DNA of 57,388 nt, counting the filler, from Hydrolagus affinis (lineage: Eukaryota), in NCBI GenBank assembly GCA_012026655.1. It is 3 parts of 3 records of this genome, joined end to end, with 100 filler letters (N's around TTAATTAATTAA, not from the genome) between each part and the next. Parts side by side here need not be neighbours in the genome. Positions count along the whole stretch, not along the records: positions 1 to 30,196 come from JAAILG010007586.1; 2 more parts are not named here. The stretch is one strand, 5' to 3'. The first letter of the stretch is position 1. Each line of letters opens with the position of its first letter. The translations under genes and the position numbers were made by a program. The notes beneath the pieces were generated by a model. That model made no database searches. It was not told where the DNA came from and saw only the letters and a program-made list of their open reading frames with translations. Positions 10,401-21,770 of this stretch are shown here, in pieces.

Positions 10401-13391
10401 AAACTTGCTCACTTGTTATTAGTAAAAGGGGGGAAGATGTTGGGGTGGAAAAGCATTTGATGACCAAGTGTCCTGTGCTGAAACTGAGATTTTGAAAATT
10501 ATGCAGCTTTTTGAATGTGCTGATGATATCCATAATTTTTAAGTAGAGAATATCAGTTAGACTAACAAAATGTTTGATGATTCAGGTCAAATGTTTCACA
10601 TTCAAACAGGATGATGTAGTTTGTCACCCCCATGCAGAAAACCCTCATCACCATTCTCAACACCTTTGTTCCCTATCAACTCTGGCATTGCTTCCTATTC
10701 CTGCAGATCTCCCGGGATAGCAATATTGGCAGTTCCTCAGGGTTCTATCCTCTGCCTCTCCTCTTCACTATCTATATGTTTCTACTTGGCGACAACATCT
10801 GTAGACATATATTGCACATCCACTTGTATAACGATGAAACCCAAATCTCCCGTCTTCCTCCAGAAAAGGCCTCCAATTCCTTGATGAGTTCTGAACTTCT
10901 TCAGCGGAATAATAATCCCTGCATTTGATACAGCACCTTACAGATCGAATGCAATTATTAGTATTAGTATTATTCTGTTATTGTCATCTAAAATTGCTTC
11001 AGTTGATTCACTTCAATGCAATTAAAGGTCTCTGTGAAAATTCAATGAATAACAGTTGACTCCTTAAAAATCGTTAAGCAGCTTACCAACAATAGATTTT
11101 GTGACAGTGTAGGTGGCAATAGCTGAATTCTTGAGGCTAATGTGGGACACCAGACAGGTAGAAATAAATAGACGCTATCTGGACAGACGTGAATATTCGA
11201 TAGAACTGGAGACCTTATAGATCTTTGTGATTTATATAGCGCCTTATATATCGAATGCAATGATTATGATTATTATTATCTCGTTTATTGACGTCTCAAA
11301 TCGCTTCAAAAGATTCACTTTATGAATCAAGGCAAGTAAACGTGCCTATGAGAATTCAATTAACAAATTAAAAATCGGTTAGCAACTTACCTGCGTCAGA
11401 TTTTGGGTCGGTGTAGGTGGCAATAGCTGAAGTCTTGAGGCTGACATGAGACACCAGACAGGTATAAACAGATGATATCTTGACAGACTGTATATCTTCA
11501 ATAGAGCTAGAGACCTTCTTGATTTCCCCAGAGTTCTGCTTTTCTATGGTTGCTGACCCTTCAAGCTTTGTTTCTGGTGTTGGAATAATTTGGCTCCCAT
11601 CTTTATACCATGTGAAGATAAAATCCTTTGGGTTACACCCGGTAATTTCACACACAAGAGTTTGATGCTCAGTTGAATTTCTAGGGAAAATCCTCAGTGG
11701 AGTTGGGGGAACTGCAGAACAGAGAGTGGAGGATATTCATATTAACTTTGATCAATTGGCGGGACAAACTTTATTTTGATCCATTTCTTTGCAAGACTAT
11801 GAGTCCTGAATGCAAATGGAAGGTTCTTTAGACACACAAATATCCCTCTCATCAGGCGAAATTGATCACTGCGAACTCTCGAACAGACGAGATAGAGAAT
11901 TCCTGACAGGTGTTTATACATTGTATTATTCTGGCTCAATTGGTGGCTTTCTCGCCTCTGAGTTAGAAAGATATGGGTTCAGGCTCCGCATCGGGATCTC
12001 ATGGCATTCTTCAAAAATAGAACACAATTTCCCTGGTGGCCTGCCCTACAATAACGCAAATTTGAAAAAAGAAATGGTCATCCACCCCATGGCTGTTGTG
12101 GGACATTGCTGTGAATAAATTGGTGGCTGTGTTTGCTCATAAATTACTCAGTCTCATCACTTTGGGAAATATGATACATGTGATACATTTGCAGTGGCTT
12201 AAGTTGGTTGGGGGCGCAGCTTTAGAGTCTTGAGCCCCCAAGTGCGTGTGGAGCCAAGGGACCCCAGTGTGTGGAGCCTCAACGAAAACTTAGTTAGGGT
12301 GGGCACCGATATTAAAGTTTGGAAGCCACTTCTCTAGCGGGTTTCAATGGTGTGGCAAGGCACTGTATCAAATGAAGGAATTGTATTATTTAAGTCTTGA
12401 GAGGTTTTGATTAGGTAAAGAGGGAAACAGTCAAAAACAAGAATTCATCAATTAAATTTTTTACCATGAAATAAAGGAGAGGTTGAATACTGATTTTTCT
12501 GAGAGGCGATTGGATCGTAATCAAAATACTGTACTAAAGCAGTATCCATAACAGTTATAAAAAAGGAATTTAAAAATCATAGTTCCTTTGTCTTCTATAT
12601 GGATTTTGGAATACTCGTGCGAATAACATGCATCAATTCTGTAACTGTTATAACGGTAGAATATATAAAATATTTCATTAAGTTGTGGTGACTTGAATTG
12701 TTTTGAGTTTTAGTTGTGTATATGTTGAAATTAAAATATTATTTCACTTAATATATGCCATAAACTAGTACGTGAAAATGATTAATGGACAAACAATATA
12801 CATCAATATACCATACAACGCATCATTACTTTTAATGTAATTTCCAAATACTTTTGCTCTTCATCCACACTCACCGCACACAGTTAAGCTTGATCCAGGT
12901 CCTGTTCCAATTATTGATCCCTGACGGATCAATGTGCAGCGATAGACTCCAGAGTCCTGTAAACTCACATTCAGGAACTGGAAGAAGCCGCTTCCTTTGC
13001 CTTTCACACCAAATGTTTTCCTGCTATCCACCTGTGTATCCAAGTAGCTGTCCTCACCCTCCTTCTCCCACTTCACCTCCTCTCCTGAACTGTCTTGCGA
13101 GAAGGGAAAGATACAGCTGAATGTGACGTTTGTCCCACTGATGGCAGCCACACGTTCAGGGATTTGAGTCACTTTCACTGAAGAATCGCCAGTAACTGTC
13201 AGAAAATAAAGTCAAACACCGATTTCTGAGAAAAAGTAGGTACATAGAGAAAAAAACTTAAATATGTATGATAAATGGCATGTGGAAACAAGGTAGCACA
13301 TAATTCATAGAACAATGAAATTATGCAATAAATATATACCAGTTGAAGCAATATTTAAGACAGCCAGGTACAGAAAGAGAACACTCCCCAT
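7247..13391 (-). CDS. Gene A: non-rearranging VJ-C1-TM inhibitory Ig-superfamily receptor (SIRP/VJC1-like), 7 exons, 375 aa predicted
   Basis: Exons 13391-13340, 13195-12875, 11711-11391, 9963-9850, 9121-9078, 8356-8246 and 7411-7247. All introns are GT-AG with matching phases (1,1,1,1,0,0). Total 1128 nt, open to TAA. Confidence 0.9.
8246..8356 (-). CDS. Gene A exon 6, cytoplasmic, ITIM VAYVTL plus TVYAQ
   Basis: TGEGAVGDNVAYVTLDLRSSNKIPRPKHQEERTVYAQ|GTAAAC; 111 nt, phase 0-0. Confidence 0.8.
9078..9121 (-). CDS. Gene A exon 5, short cytoplasmic exon GSKGNPTRLGNLEHR
   Basis: 44 nt, with TAG acceptor and CGG|GTAAGT donor. It converts phase 1 to phase 0 exactly as the next exon requires. Confidence 0.75.
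9850..9963 (-). CDS. Gene A exon 4, transmembrane
   Basis: ESGNQTRYLLYGGCAAGVVTFLVLLMIIGKRCQLKKKN; uncharged hydrophobic span followed by basic stop-transfer residues. Confidence 0.9.
10605..10900 (+). mobile_element. L2-type LINE RT fragment in a gene A intron
   Basis: AVPQGSILCL..FTIYMFLLGDNICRHILHIHLYNDETQI, a decayed PQG/YxDD RT region. Confidence 0.65.
10960..11225 (-). pseudogene. Partial tandem duplicate of the gene A C1 exon 3' end plus flanking intron
   Basis: KVSSSIE...(TAG)...TCLVSHISLKNSAIATYTVTKSIV|GTAAGC matches the exon 3 end KVSSSIE...TCLVSHVSLKTSAIATYT. It has an internal stop, and the 5' half is missing. Confidence 0.8.
11391..11711 (-). CDS. Gene A exon 3, C1-set domain
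   Basis: VPPTPLRIFPRNSTEHQTLVCEITGCNPKDFIFTWYKDG...VYTCLVSHVSLKT; C-W-C pattern with the C1 Y-x-C-x-V-x-H motif. Confidence 0.92.
12875..13195 (-). CDS. Gene A exon 2, V-set domain with germline J-like motif
   Basis: VKVTQIP..VTFSC..VKWEK..DSGVYRCTLIRQGSIIGTGPGSSLTVC. Has Cys23, Trp41, Cys104 and G-x-G-S-x-L-x-V in a single exon, with no RSS. Confidence 0.92.
13340..13391 (-). CDS. Gene A exon 1, signal peptide MGSVLFLYLAVLNIAST
   Basis: ATG, hydrophobic 17-mer, phase-1 donor G|GTATAT. Confidence 0.85.
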
Positions 13392-13545
13392 TTCTGACTC
13401 TGGCTCTGATGAGCTGTAACACACGAACCTACAGTATTAGATATAGAGCACGTAGCTGTGACACTGACTTCCTGTTTCTTTGGGTTCATGAAATGTCGCT
13501 GTTGTTGTTGATGTGATTTGAAATCACACGTCTACAGTAAAATTG
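13392..13545 (-). promoter_or_regulatory. Gene A proximal promoter: ETS-type site and palindromic GFI1-like element
   Basis: ACTTCCTG at 13467-13474 (CAGGAAGT on minus) and GTGATTTGAAATCAC at 13513-13527. Both are conserved at 3147-3207 and partly at 28296-28330. Confidence 0.55.
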
Positions 13546-13989
13546 TAATTCCCCTGATTAATAGAGAAAGGTTAAACACATATCTAAACATACAACAATA
13601 GCATTCAACCTCACTATCGAGTCAGTGGTGCTTTCTCTAATCGGAAATATTATTTTAAGCGTCAACTCCGCTTGGAGTCAGTAGTGTCAGAAACAGGCCA
13701 ATCTGGTGGCATCTTTCTGCTGATAGTTCTATCTATGCCCTATTTACAGAAATTAACCTTTCCCTCTAAAGCATACCCCGTCCCTCTATACAACCAAATT
13801 ATCGTCCCATCTTAACCTTCTTATCCAAAGTCTTGGCCACTCAACTTTGCTACTACTGTACCTGTTTCTCCACTGAGTCAAAGAAATCCATTTTCTACGC
13901 AAGCAATAGACAGCACAGTCAAAGTCACGATAATATACACTCTCTGTGTTTCTCTCTCTCTCTGGAACTGCAGCCATCTGCCTTTTTGA

Positions 13990-14200
13990 GTTCCTTTATA
14001 TCCAAACAACAAGGACAACACAATTATATTTTTTATAATGCCTTTCACGTCAGGAGGATGTCCCAAGTCTGTCTGTCTGAACAACCAAGGTGCCTCTGGC
14101 CTCTGTCTTTTTGTCCTCTTAGATGTTCTGTTGCACTTTGCACTGGAGATGAAGTGTATTCTTGGCCCACTTCTTGTTCTCATCTACGTGTTCTCTAGGT
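13990..14200 (-). mobile_element. SINE/L2 3' tail fragment
   Basis: AACAACAAG...GCCTTTCACGTCAGGAGGATGTCCCAAG, the same tail family as 25855, 36640 and 37430. Confidence 0.5.
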
Positions 14201-14529
14201 GATACTAACCACAGAAAAGCTATTAACTTCTACATTTATGTGAGTGAAAGAAAAGTCTACTTTCCAATGCTGATTCTCTATCCACTTGTGTGTCAAGATG
14301 TACTGTAGATGACCCCAGATTTCCTCTAATTAATATTGATAATGGAATGCATTCTGCAAATATTTCCTTTCTCCCATGCCTTGCTGGACCACCAATGTGC
14401 CCATACCTTCATTTCTTCTCCACAAAATACACAAATACGTACATAATTTCATAGAGGAAGGTTCTATCACTTGAATTTCCAGTTGTAGACATTAAATCAT
14501 ATGATATTACTTAGGTCAAACAAGATATT

Positions 14530-14680
14530 TGGAAAAACACAAAATACTACAGATGCTGGAAATCTGAAACAAAAACAGAAGTTGCTGGGAAAACTCAGCA
14601 GGTCAGGCAGCATCCATGGAGAAAGGAAAGTGAGTCAATGTTTCGGGTTCATGACCCTTCATCAGAATTGGGCTTTAGGG
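14530..14680 (+). repeat. Short interspersed repeat (possibly Penelope-related); reverse copy at about 283-385
   Basis: AAATACTACAGATGCTGGAAATCTGAAACAAAAACAGAAG...CTCAGCAGGTCAGGCAGCATC...GACCCTTCATCAGAA. Family assignment is from memory of shark repeats. Confidence 0.45.
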
Positions 14681-15419
14681 AGAGGTTTTTAAGGACAAAT
14701 TAGAGAGGGGAGGCAGGACAAGGAAGACAAAGGAGACAAAGAAGACACAGGAAGAAATGCGTTAATTGATAGGCTAAATAGGTGATAACAGTGCGAAACA
14801 AAAGGGGATGGGTTTAAACAGAACTGGGGAGAAGAGATGTTAATGGTGAAGAGCAGCCAAACAGCAGAGAGGCAAGGGGTGTCTGGAGTGATGATTGTAA
14901 TGGGGGAGGGGGAGCTCTTATGGCCTGAAGTGGCTGAAATCAATGTTGAGGCCAGAGGGCTGAAGGGACCCCAGCAGATAGATGAGGTGTTGTTCCTCAA
15001 GCTTTCGCTGTGGGTCACTGGAATAGCACAGGAGACAATGGATGGAGAGATCAGCCTCTGAATATGAGTGTGAGTTGAAATAGAGGGATACCAGTAGATC
15101 AGAGTTGATCAGGGTTGAAGATATCTGCCTTGGAGATGCTGGACTTCCTGAAATCAGTAGTAGAAAGGATCCAATCAGCTGCCTCTGCCCTTCTGTCTAC
15201 TCCCCCTCTCGATCAATCCATCACAGCCAGGCTCCTAACCGTCCCACCTCCCACACCTTTGCATCAGTCTCTGAATTGACTGCGCTTTTGGTCACCTTTC
15301 TACCCCTGCCCCTGGCTCAGTTCCGGGATCCGCTACTGTGAAGCGCTCTGAGACGCCGTCGAGTGTGGAGGGCACTATATAAATTGAAGTTGTTGTTGTT
15401 GAGTCATCGCTTACCACCA

Positions 15420-17000
15420 CTATAACTCGCATAACTAACCACCTGCTCCCTCAACCCCCATCTCCAGCCCACTCCTTACATACCATCACCTTGGCTATCT
15501 ACTCATAGACAAAATAAGCCTCTCGCTGTCCAATGGCAACATTCCCACCTCTTTCAAATGACCTTCATCACTCCTATCTTTAAAAAGCCCTGCCTGACCT
15601 CATTCTTGCTCTGATTCTACCATCCCATCTACGGTCTCCCTTTCCTTTCCAAGGTCCAGGAACAAGTGATTGCTTCCCAGCTTCACTCTTTCCTTTCTTG
15701 CTGCTCCTTTCACAAATCCCTGCAACTGGGTTTCCATGCTGCCCACAGTGCAGAGACAGCCCTGTTCCAAGTGACAAATGGCATTCTGTCCATGTGACCG
15801 GAGCTCCATCTGCCTTCTTGTACACCTTGACCTCTCTGCTGCCTTTCACACCGTTGACCACATTATAGTTATCGACCACAACTCCTACCACCTCAATCTC
15901 ACGTTTCTATCCTTGAATGGTTCAGATGGTTCACACAATCTCCTCTTTCCCTCCTGAAATGGTATCTGCTCCAGCCGCGCATCATTATGTGCGGAATTCC
16001 TCATGGCTGTGTCTTTGGTCCCCATGTCTTCACTATCTTTGTCTATATGCTGCCTCTTGGTGTCACCATTCTCAGACATAGGGTCAACATCCGCATCTAT
16101 GTGGATGACACCCAATTCTGCCGCTCTGCTTCCACCCTTCACTCTATCAGGATCACTGCTTTCCTGACAGAACATCTGGTAGATATGTCCTGGATGAGAG
16201 GTAACTTTCTTCAGTTAAACATGAAGAATATGGAGGCTCCCCTGATTGGCTCCCTTCAGCACATTCACAACTCAGGCACTGACAGCAGCACCATCCATGG
16301 ATGCACATGCAATCTTATTAAGCTAATCCGGAAGCTTGGCATCTTCCTTGAATCTATGCTACGGCCTCTTCTGTCTTCCACTACCTTCACAACATCACCC
16401 AGATCTGCTACTGTCTCACACAACAGGCCGCCAAAATCATAATATATGCATTCATAACATCCAAGCTTGACTATGCAAACACATTGCTTGTCAACATCCC
16501 CAAATCCTCCCTCCACAGGCTGCAAGATCATCGCAATATCTGGCGCCCATGTCCTCTCATGCACGAGGATCTATGACCATATCACCTCTACACTCACCCA
16601 AATCCAGTGCTTCCTATCACACAAGGGATATAATATCATTGTCCGCAGCTTCAAAGCCCTCCAGGGCCTTCTCCTCCATACCTCTGTGACATCCTAACCC
16701 CTTACAAACTTGCCAATATCATCCACTCAATGGGCTCCGGCCTACTTCATGTCCCCCGCTTGCCCACCCAATCATTTATGGGTGGCCCTTTAGCTATGCT
16801 GCCCACAAACTCTGAAACTCCACCCTCTTTTGCTTCCATCGTGGTCAAAGTCAAGACCCTTGTTTTTGACTGTGCTTTTGATCACCCTGCTTCCTACCTG
16901 CCATCCCCAACCTCAACCCCTGCTTGGTTCCAAATCACTGACTATCCAGCAGCTTGGTATGTCCTCCTGACGTGACAGATACTACACAATTGCAACTTTG
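15420..17000 (+). mobile_element. L2-type LINE, degenerate RT and 3' end
   Basis: GFHAAHSAETALFQVTNGIL; GIPHGCVFGPHVFTIFVYMLPLG...YVDDTQ; multiple frameshifts. Confidence 0.85.
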
Positions 17001-17269
17001 TTGTTGCTCTTGTTGTCTATCCTATTTGTGCATCCTGGCGCACATTAATTTACCTATTCTCTCTTTCTGTGAATATATTTAGCACTGCGATGTTACCAAT
17101 TGAGTATGGTTCATTAATACCTGTGATCTTATGTACCTCATGCATATGGATTAAATTCAAATGTGATTTTGATCAGAGTCAATAGTATTCCTTTGGCAAT
17201 ACTCAAAATATGCACGGAGTTTCTTCTTGTGTCATGACCAACAATTTCAGCCAAACAATTTTTGATTCA

Positions 17270-18705
17270 TAAGAACATAAGAAATAGAAGCAGGAGTAAG
17301 GCCATTCAGCCCACAGAGCCTGCCCCACCATTCAATCATGGCTGATATTCTACTCTAACTCCAGCTGCCTGCCTTATCCCCATACCACTTAATCGCTTTA
17401 TAAATGAAAATTCTATCTAACTCTGACTGAGCATCAACAGCCCTTTTGGGTAAAGAATTCCATACATTCACCACCATCTGAGTGAAGAAGCTTTTTCTCA
17501 ATTCAGTGTGAAAGGGCTGACCCCTAACTTTAAGACTGTGACCCCTGGTTTTAGATTCTCCAACCAGGGGAAACAATCTCCCATTATCTACTTTGTCGCA
17601 CCCCTTAATAATCTTATAGTTTCTATAAGATTCCCTCTAATTTTTCTATATTCCAGAGAATATAGGCCCAAATTAATCATCATAACTCATCCTCCTCATT
17701 CCAGGTACTAACCTAGTAAACCTACGCTGCACTCCCGCTGCAAATACATCCTTCCTTAAATAAGAGACCAAAACTGCACACAATATTCCAGGTGTGGTCT
17801 CACCAGTGCACTATCCATCTGCAGCAAGACTTCTCTACTTTTATGCTCTAACACTTTCATAATGAAAGCTCACATACCGTTAGCCTTCCTAATTGTCTGC
17901 TGCAGCTGCATACTAACTTTCTGTATTTGGTGTACTCAGACATCCAAGTCCCTCTGCATGCTAACACTTTCCAATCTCTCCCCCTCTAAAAAATAATCTG
18001 CTCTGATGTTTTTGCGATTTAGGTGGATGACTTTGCACTTCCCTACCTTATACTTCATCTGCCAACTACCTGCCCACTCACCTAACCTATCTATATCTCG
18101 CTAAATTTTTTGAATGTCATCCTTGCTATTAAGACTTCCTCCTAGTTTCATATCATCAGCAAATTTAGTTATAGTAAGCTCGATGTCCTTATCTAGATCG
18201 TTGATGTAGATGGTAAATAGCTGAGGCCCAAGGACTGATCCTTGTGGCACTCCACTAGTCACATCCGCCAATCTGAGAAAGACCCGTTTATCCCTACTCT
18301 TTGTTTCTTACCCGTTAACCATTCCCTAATCTATGTTAATATGTTCCCCCCAATTCCGTAAGCCCCTATCTTTTGGATCAACCTTTTTTGCGGCACCTTA
18401 TCGAATGGCTTCTGGAAGTCCAAATAGACTACATCCACTGATTCACCCCTATCTAGTTTATTCGAAATATCCTCAAAAAATTCTATGAGATTTGTCAAAC
18501 ATGACTTCCTTTTGTAAAGCAATGTTGAGTTGGCCTAATTATATTGTGCTCCTCTAAATACCCCACTAAAACATCCTTAATCAAGGATTCTAAAAATTTT
18601 CCTATCACTGATGTCAGACTAACTGGCCTATAGTTCCCCATCTTTTCCTTTCCACCCTTTTTCAATATTGATGTGACATTTGCTATCTTCCAATCCATGG
18701 AATCT
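17270..18705 (-). mobile_element. CR1-type LINE, degenerate RT through 3' end
   Basis: DWKIANVTSILKKGGKEKMGNYRPVSLTSV; KSCLTNLIEFFED..VDVVYLDFQKPFDKVP; FPLVGESKTRGHSLKVRG..RKSFFTQMVVNVWNSLP. Confidence 0.9.
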
Positions 18706-19649
18706 TTGATTGCTGTTTGTCGTTGCTGTGTACAATTGGCTTACAATTGGTATGGTGTATGTTCTGAAAGGATGAGATTGGATAGGCCAAAGTGCTTTGT
18801 CTGACAAATCCAAGCTATAAATGTATTTTTTTTAAAAAAAGCTTTGTGTTGAACAGGCACTCAAGTGTGCAAAACACACACAGCTAAAACACCATCTCAT
18901 GTAATAAGAATGCATATCTGTTGTTCGATAAATAATGAAATATTGCGCACAGTAGTTATAGCCACTTTGTTACTAATGGAACAGTCTAATTGATGGTAAA
19001 TTTTCTGCAGCGACGGCAGAAGTGAAACTTATCTACATTTTGGAGGGTTAGACTGTAAATCCTAGATGTTCTGCACAAAACATTCGACAGGATATGATTC
19101 ATGAACTCGTTGTGGATCTTAAGAGTAGTAATGATCATGCTAATGGAGCTCAAATTTGAGCAATAGGCCACTTACTTGGCATTTAAGGCTGATCAATGTT
19201 GAGCGCATGGTGAAACCAAGATTGTTCAATGGAGAGAAGAAGAAAAGGTATTATTCTTGTGTTTTTCTGAATCACAAAGGGGCAATTAGGCCCAAACCAA
19301 ATACCCAAATGGCTGAAGCAGAATCCAGCCTGTACAGTGCTCCGGTCTGATTACTATTGTATAGCAGTAGATAGCTTGACTATTGGATATTGGTGTTGTC
19401 ACTGTGACATATTTTGGCTGCCCAAGCAGCAATGCAGAGTAAAGCAATGGGAATGATCTCCAGGATTAGAGGAATGCGTTTTGAGAGATGATCAAATTAT
19501 AAATAGGTTGAGGAAAAGTAAACCCAGATCAATAATTTAGGTTATAACAAAACAGCAGAATAAGAGGACATAGGTGTAGAGTTGCATGGGCAATATCAAG
19601 ACAGATACCAGACTCCAACTGTGAGAGATGCTGGACTTAATCGAATCAA

Positions 19650-21195
19650 AAATTGGAATGAGTCATTCAGCCACCTCTACCCCATTCTCCACTACCTCCC
19701 CACTACCTTTCCCCCAGGATCCATCTCCCTCCCAGCACCCACTACATATCTTCCACCCTATCTCCCCCCACCACCTTGTCTGCTCTCCTCCGCAAAATGA
19801 AACACACCACCTGCTCCATTGACCCCATCTCCACTTCTCTCTTCATCTCCCAGCTTCATCTCTTAGCACCCCCTAACTGAAGTCATCAACCTCTCCCTAT
19901 CTACTCTCCCCACCCCTCTAAAAACTGCTGTCATCACATCCATCTTAAAAAAAACCTTCTCGCAACCCATCCCTACTCTCAGCTATTGCCTCATCTCCAT
20001 CTTCCCATTCCTCTCCAAAGCTCTGGAATAAGTCATTGCTTCCCAGCTTCGTTCCTTTCTCACCCACTAATCCCTCCTCCAACACCTTCAATCTGGTTTC
20101 TGTGCTACTCACAGCATGGAGATAGCACAGGTGAAAGTCACTAATGACCAGGTCTCTATCTGCCTCCTTGTCCTCCTTGACCTCTCCATCACCTTCAACA
20201 CTGTCAAACATTCCAACCTCCTACACCGCCTATCCCCCCTCCTCAATCTCCGAAGAACTGTGCTTGCCTGGTTTGACTCCTACCTCTCTCATCCCGTACA
20301 CTTTGTCACCACTAATGGTTTCTCTTCCAGCCCCCCACCCCACTGTCATCTGTGGGGTCCCCCAGGGTCTGTCCTTGGCCCCTTACTTTTCAACATCCAA
20401 ATGCTCCCACGTGGTGATATCATCTGCAGAGGTGGGGTTAACTTCCACATGTATGTGGATGACACCCAACTCTACCTCTCTGCCTGTACCTTCGACTCCA
20501 GGACTACCACTGTCTTGACAGACTGTCTGTCAGACATCAAGTCCTGGATGAGAGCTAACTTTCTACGGTTGAACATCAACAAGACAAAGGCCCTACTGAT
20601 TAGCTCGCGCCAGCACCTTCCTGCATCAGGTGCTAGCAGCATTAACCTCCATGGTTGCAGACTCAACCTTACCAAGCCAGTCAGGAACCTAGATGTCTTG
20701 TTCAATCCTCAACTGTCTTACCTCCCCCCACATCCAAGCAATAACTCACTCTACCTTTCCCCATCTCTGCAAAATTGCCCAAGTCTGCAATCCCTTAATT
20801 CCTTCCACAACCTCACCCCACCCTGCATTTGTGACCTCATATACCCTTACCAATGAGCCTGCCCCCTCCACTCTTAGCAGGCTCTGGCCTGCTCCACATC
20901 CCTGACTCACCTTCCCATCTTTGGCAGGCAAGTCTTTAGCCACTCTCCTTCAACCTCTGGAACTCCATCCTGCAGTCCCTCTGCCTCGTCCCCTCCCTGG
21001 CCTCCTTCAATTCTTGCCTTAAGACACTCCTCTTTGATGTGCCTATTGGTAATTCCTAATCCCCCCTTCCCACCTCCCCTCTCCCCCCACCCACCCCCAT
21101 CCACAGCTTGGATCTCAAGCAATGGCTGTACAGCGCCTTGGGATGTCCTCCTGATGTGATAGAGGACAGGTGTACACAGATGTAATTTTGTTGTT
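19650..21195 (+). mobile_element. L2-type LINE, RT region to (TTG)n tail
   Basis: ORF 20116-20856: LLVLLDLSITFNTVKH..GSVLGPLLFNIQMLP..HMYVDDTQLYLS..DCLSDIKSWMRANFLRLNINKTKALLI; TTGTTGTTG tail at 21188. Confidence 0.9.
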
Positions 21196-21304
21196 GTTGT
21201 TCATCTTCACTGCAGTTAAAATAAAGAATTGGAATAGGTTGGATAGAAAGTTGGTCAACATCATGAGGCCATGTCATTTGAAAACAGAATTGGAAGCTGT
21301 GATG

Positions 21305-21770
21305 GTGGAATGGTACAACAACAACAACAACAAAATTACACTTATTGAGCGCGTTTCATGTCGGGAGAATGACCCAAGGCGCTGAGCAGTGAGATCGGAA
21401 CCTGAGCAAGGGAGAGGGAACAGGATAGGGGGTAGGGTGGGAAAGAGTTAGGAGTGGAGGGAGAGTGCTGGAAGGGCAGCAGAAGGCATGGTAGAAAAGG
21501 AGGGTCTTAAGACCGGCCTTGAAGGAGGTGAGGGAGGGAGCAAGGCCAAGGGACTGTGCGATGGAGTTCCAGAGTGTTGAGGCAGAAACGCTGAAAGCCC
21601 GTCCACTGATGGTAGGGTAGGTCGGGTGGGGACAAGGAGCATCCTGGAGAGCGCTGAATGGAAAGGGGTGGGGATGTTCTTAGGGGTATAGCAGGTCATA
21701 GAGGTAGGGGGCAGCGAGGCTGTGAATGGCCTTGAAGGTGAGGAGCCGGGTGGGAGTGATGTTGTCACAG
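21305..21770 (-). mobile_element. L2-related 3' fragment/SINE
   Basis: AACAACAACAACAA tail on + followed by typical L2 3'-end sequence. Confidence 0.7.

Noticed and set aside
12875-13195. Calling gene A/B NCR3 (NKp30), SIRPA or B7H6
   Set aside because: NKp30 has a single V and a charged TM, SIRP-alpha has two C1 domains, and B7H6 lacks this GxG J-type end. Orthology cannot be assigned without a phylogeny, so no symbol is given.
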